Of a stretch of 64,000 nt of DNA, positions 62,329-64,000 are shown one piece after another. The DNA comes from Pseudomonadota bacterium. GTDB taxonomy: Bacteria; Pseudomonadota; Gammaproteobacteria; Arenicellales; Poriferihabitantaceae. The notes under the pieces are model-generated. The model was given only the letters and a program-made list of their open reading frames with translations. It had not been told where the DNA came from and did not search any database. The position numbers and the translations under genes are program-made. The first letter of the stretch is position 1; every line of letters starts with the position of its first letter. Location: positions 370-64,369 of the forward strand of contig JBCCGE010000007.1 in assembly GCA_039029455.1 (NCBI GenBank), read 5' to 3'.

Positions 62329-63111
62329 ATGAGCGAACCGATCAAAACCGAAACGCGAGGCGAGGTCCTCGAAGTCACCATCGACCGACCGAAAGCCAAC
62401 GCCATCGATGCCGCCACCAGCCGCATCATGGGCGATATCTTCGCCGACTTCCGCGATAACGATATCCACCGCGCCGCCATTCTCACCGCAGAAGGCGAAC
62501 GATTCTTCTGCCCCGGCTGGGACCTCAAAGCCGCTGCAGCGGGCGAAGCCCCAGACAGCGACTACGGTGTCGGGGGCTTCGGTGGCTTGCAGGAACTTCC
62601 CGGACTCGGCAAACCCGTCGTCTGTGCCTGCAACGGTCTCGCCTTCGGCGGCGGTTTCGAAATCATGATCTCCTGCGACATCATCATCGCCGCCGACCAC
62701 GCAACATTCGCCCTACCCGAACTGCGATCCGGCGTCATCGCCGACGCGGCGACGATCAAACTCCCACGCCGCATCCCCTATCACGTCGCCACCGAAATGC
62801 TGTTCACTGGACGAGTCATCGACGTCGAAGAGGCCAAACACTGGGGCATCATCAACGAATACGTCCCCGCCGATCAGCTCATGACCAGAGCCAGAGAAGT
62901 CGCCGATCTACTTGCGGCTGGTCCGCCGCTTGTTTACGCGGCGATAAAGGAAACGCTGGAGAAGACGTCGCACTTGCCGGAGAAGGAAGCGCTGCAGGTG
63001 CTGATGCAACGTAAGCTACCGACTATCGATAAGCTGTATTCGTCTGAGGATCAGTTGGAAGGGGCTAGAGCGTTTGCGGAGAAGCGGGACCCGGTTTGGA
63101 AGGGGAAGTAG
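62329..63111 (+). CDS. Enoyl-CoA hydratase/isomerase (crotonase; carnitinyl-CoA dehydratase CaiD-like by context)
   Basis: 260 aa. The oxyanion-hole context is VVCACNGLAFGGGFEIMISCD. Confidence 0.85.
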   Translation: MSEPIKTETRGEVLEVTIDRPKANAIDAATSRIMGDIFADFRDNDIHRAAILTAEGERFFCPGWDLKAAAAGEAPDSDYGVGGFGGLQELPGLGKPVVCACNGLAFGGGFEIMISCDIIIAADHATFALPELRSGVIADAATIKLPRRIPYHVATEMLFTGRVIDVEEAKHWGIINEYVPADQLMTRAREVADLLAAGPPLVYAAIKETLEKTSHLPEKEALQVLMQRKLPTIDKLYSSEDQLEGARAFAEKRDPVWKGK

Positions 63112-63691
63112 CGATACCTAAAGTAAATCTATTAAACGTTTGCTCGTGCAAGCCGCAAACAGCTATTTTGATTGTTGTTCTTTGATCGCACTGTTTAGCA
63201 CCGCGTCCTACCACTCGTACCAAATCGAGAATTTTTCGAAACATAGCGAGCGCTAACATAAACCCGAGTGCTAACCCGGTTACTATGGGACTAAGAATTA
63301 TTGGCCCGGTCGCCTTGTAGACCTCAAGAATTGCAACACCAACTGCCGCTATCGCAGGTAGAAAGCCTAAATTTTGCACAGGACCATATATCCAGGTCAT
63401 CCTTTTCTTCAAGCGCTCCCGCTTAATCGAAAGGTGGTCCAACACTCCGTCTAAATCAGCAGTTTCAAAATTGAGCAATTCGTCTTGAATTCTGGATATA
63501 AACATTTTATTTTGTTGCAGAAGTGCAACCTGATCACGAACAGGGTGTTTAAACGAGAGTCGTATTTCGCGAAAGCCAATAAAGCTTGAAAACATGCCAA
63601 CACATATGGCAAGGATGTAAGCTGCAACCGCATAGACCTTCATATCTAACTTAGCCAGCAAAAGACCAAGAACCCACAACAGGATAGCCAA
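63065..63691 (-). CDS. Hypothetical membrane protein in low-GC tail of window
   Basis: 208 aa with about 4 hydrophobic segments and no family recognised. Its 3' end overlaps the crotonase gene by 47 nt, so the end or the reality of the gene is uncertain. Confidence 0.4.
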   Translation of the reverse strand: MAILLWVLGLLLAKLDMKVYAVAAYILAICVGMFSSFIGFREIRLSFKHPVRDQVALLQQNKMFISRIQDELLNFETADLDGVLDHLSIKRERLKKRMTWIYGPVQNLGFLPAIAAVGVAILEVYKATGPIILSPIVTGLALGFMLALAMFRKILDLVRVVGRGAKQCDQRTTIKIAVCGLHEQTFNRFTLGIATSPSKPGPASPQTL

Positions 63692-64000
63692 TAAGAATAT
63701 AAACGTGGTTTTGTCAAAGAACTGCTCACCTTTTGCTTCGAAGTCTTCTACTTATTTCGTCAGCTATTTTTCGGGGGGATTACAGTGGGGAATGCTTTAA
63801 AAATTAAAACATCTTTCACTCATCAAAATAAAAGACATTTTCTCTTGCTGAACGCCAGACATTTAGTGATTTATAAAAGCTTATTGTTCTAACATAAAAA
63901 ACATATGGCGTGAGAATTATCCACTAACGTTCGGTTCGACTGATATGTGGCAAAAGTCACATAACAAATTTCTCTTAGTTAGTACATTGCATTCTAGAGA

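Overview
The window is a 64-kb chromosomal segment with about 58 protein-coding genes. I found no rRNA, tRNA, CRISPR array, transposase or integrase by eye. Gene content suggests a marine heterotrophic (gamma)proteobacterium, but that is inference only.

Most of the window encodes catabolism of osmolytes and methylated amines:
- an M24 hydrolase, EutA-like protein and PhyH dioxygenase trio at the left edge;
- a GbcA/Stc2-like Rieske oxygenase;
- a homocysteine S-methyltransferase;
- a trimethylamine-dehydrogenase-family flavoprotein;
- a non-pyrrolysine MttB-family methyltransferase;
- a fused HyuA-HyuB hydantoinase/oxoprolinase operon;
- a GC-rich L-carnitine / probable gamma-butyrobetaine operon at 54-63 kb (CdhR-like regulator, acetoacetyl-CoA synthetase, BKACE, LcdH, acyl-CoA dehydrogenase, ADP-forming acyl-CoA synthetase, crotonase).

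The most interesting content is two visibly lower-GC loci, at 3.0-6.8 kb and 25.5-33.3 kb. In each, a small exported protein is encoded immediately upstream of predicted protein glycosyltransferases, separated from them by a hairpin plus T-run.
- Both exported proteins have the same unusual long leader ending in W-x-KP-x-[VI]-x-S-x-V-x-PAHA, followed by a DTGGGPGxGT Thr/Pro-rich tract.
- Locus 1 encodes a TPR + GT41 (OGT/SPINDLY-like) + methyltransferase fusion.
- Locus 2 encodes two paralogous GT60/GT27-like enzymes with an LDSHHRF motif, plus a two-domain glycosyltransferase.
- 2OG-oxygenase-like genes lie nearby, including a P4H-like one.

I interpret these loci as a candidate, apparently undescribed, bacterial mucin-type or hydroxyproline-type protein O-glycosylation system. 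This rests on remembered family motifs and synteny, not on searches.

Other notable items:
- BIME-like arrays of alternating inverted REP-type repeats at three gene ends;
- an amber-interrupted paralog fragment of a P-domain protein;
- a duplicated ArsR operator flanking an ArsR/ArsP-like pair;
- a possible frameshift or dual-frame region in the second exported-protein gene.

All family calls come from motif recognition by eye. No HMM or BLAST search was run.
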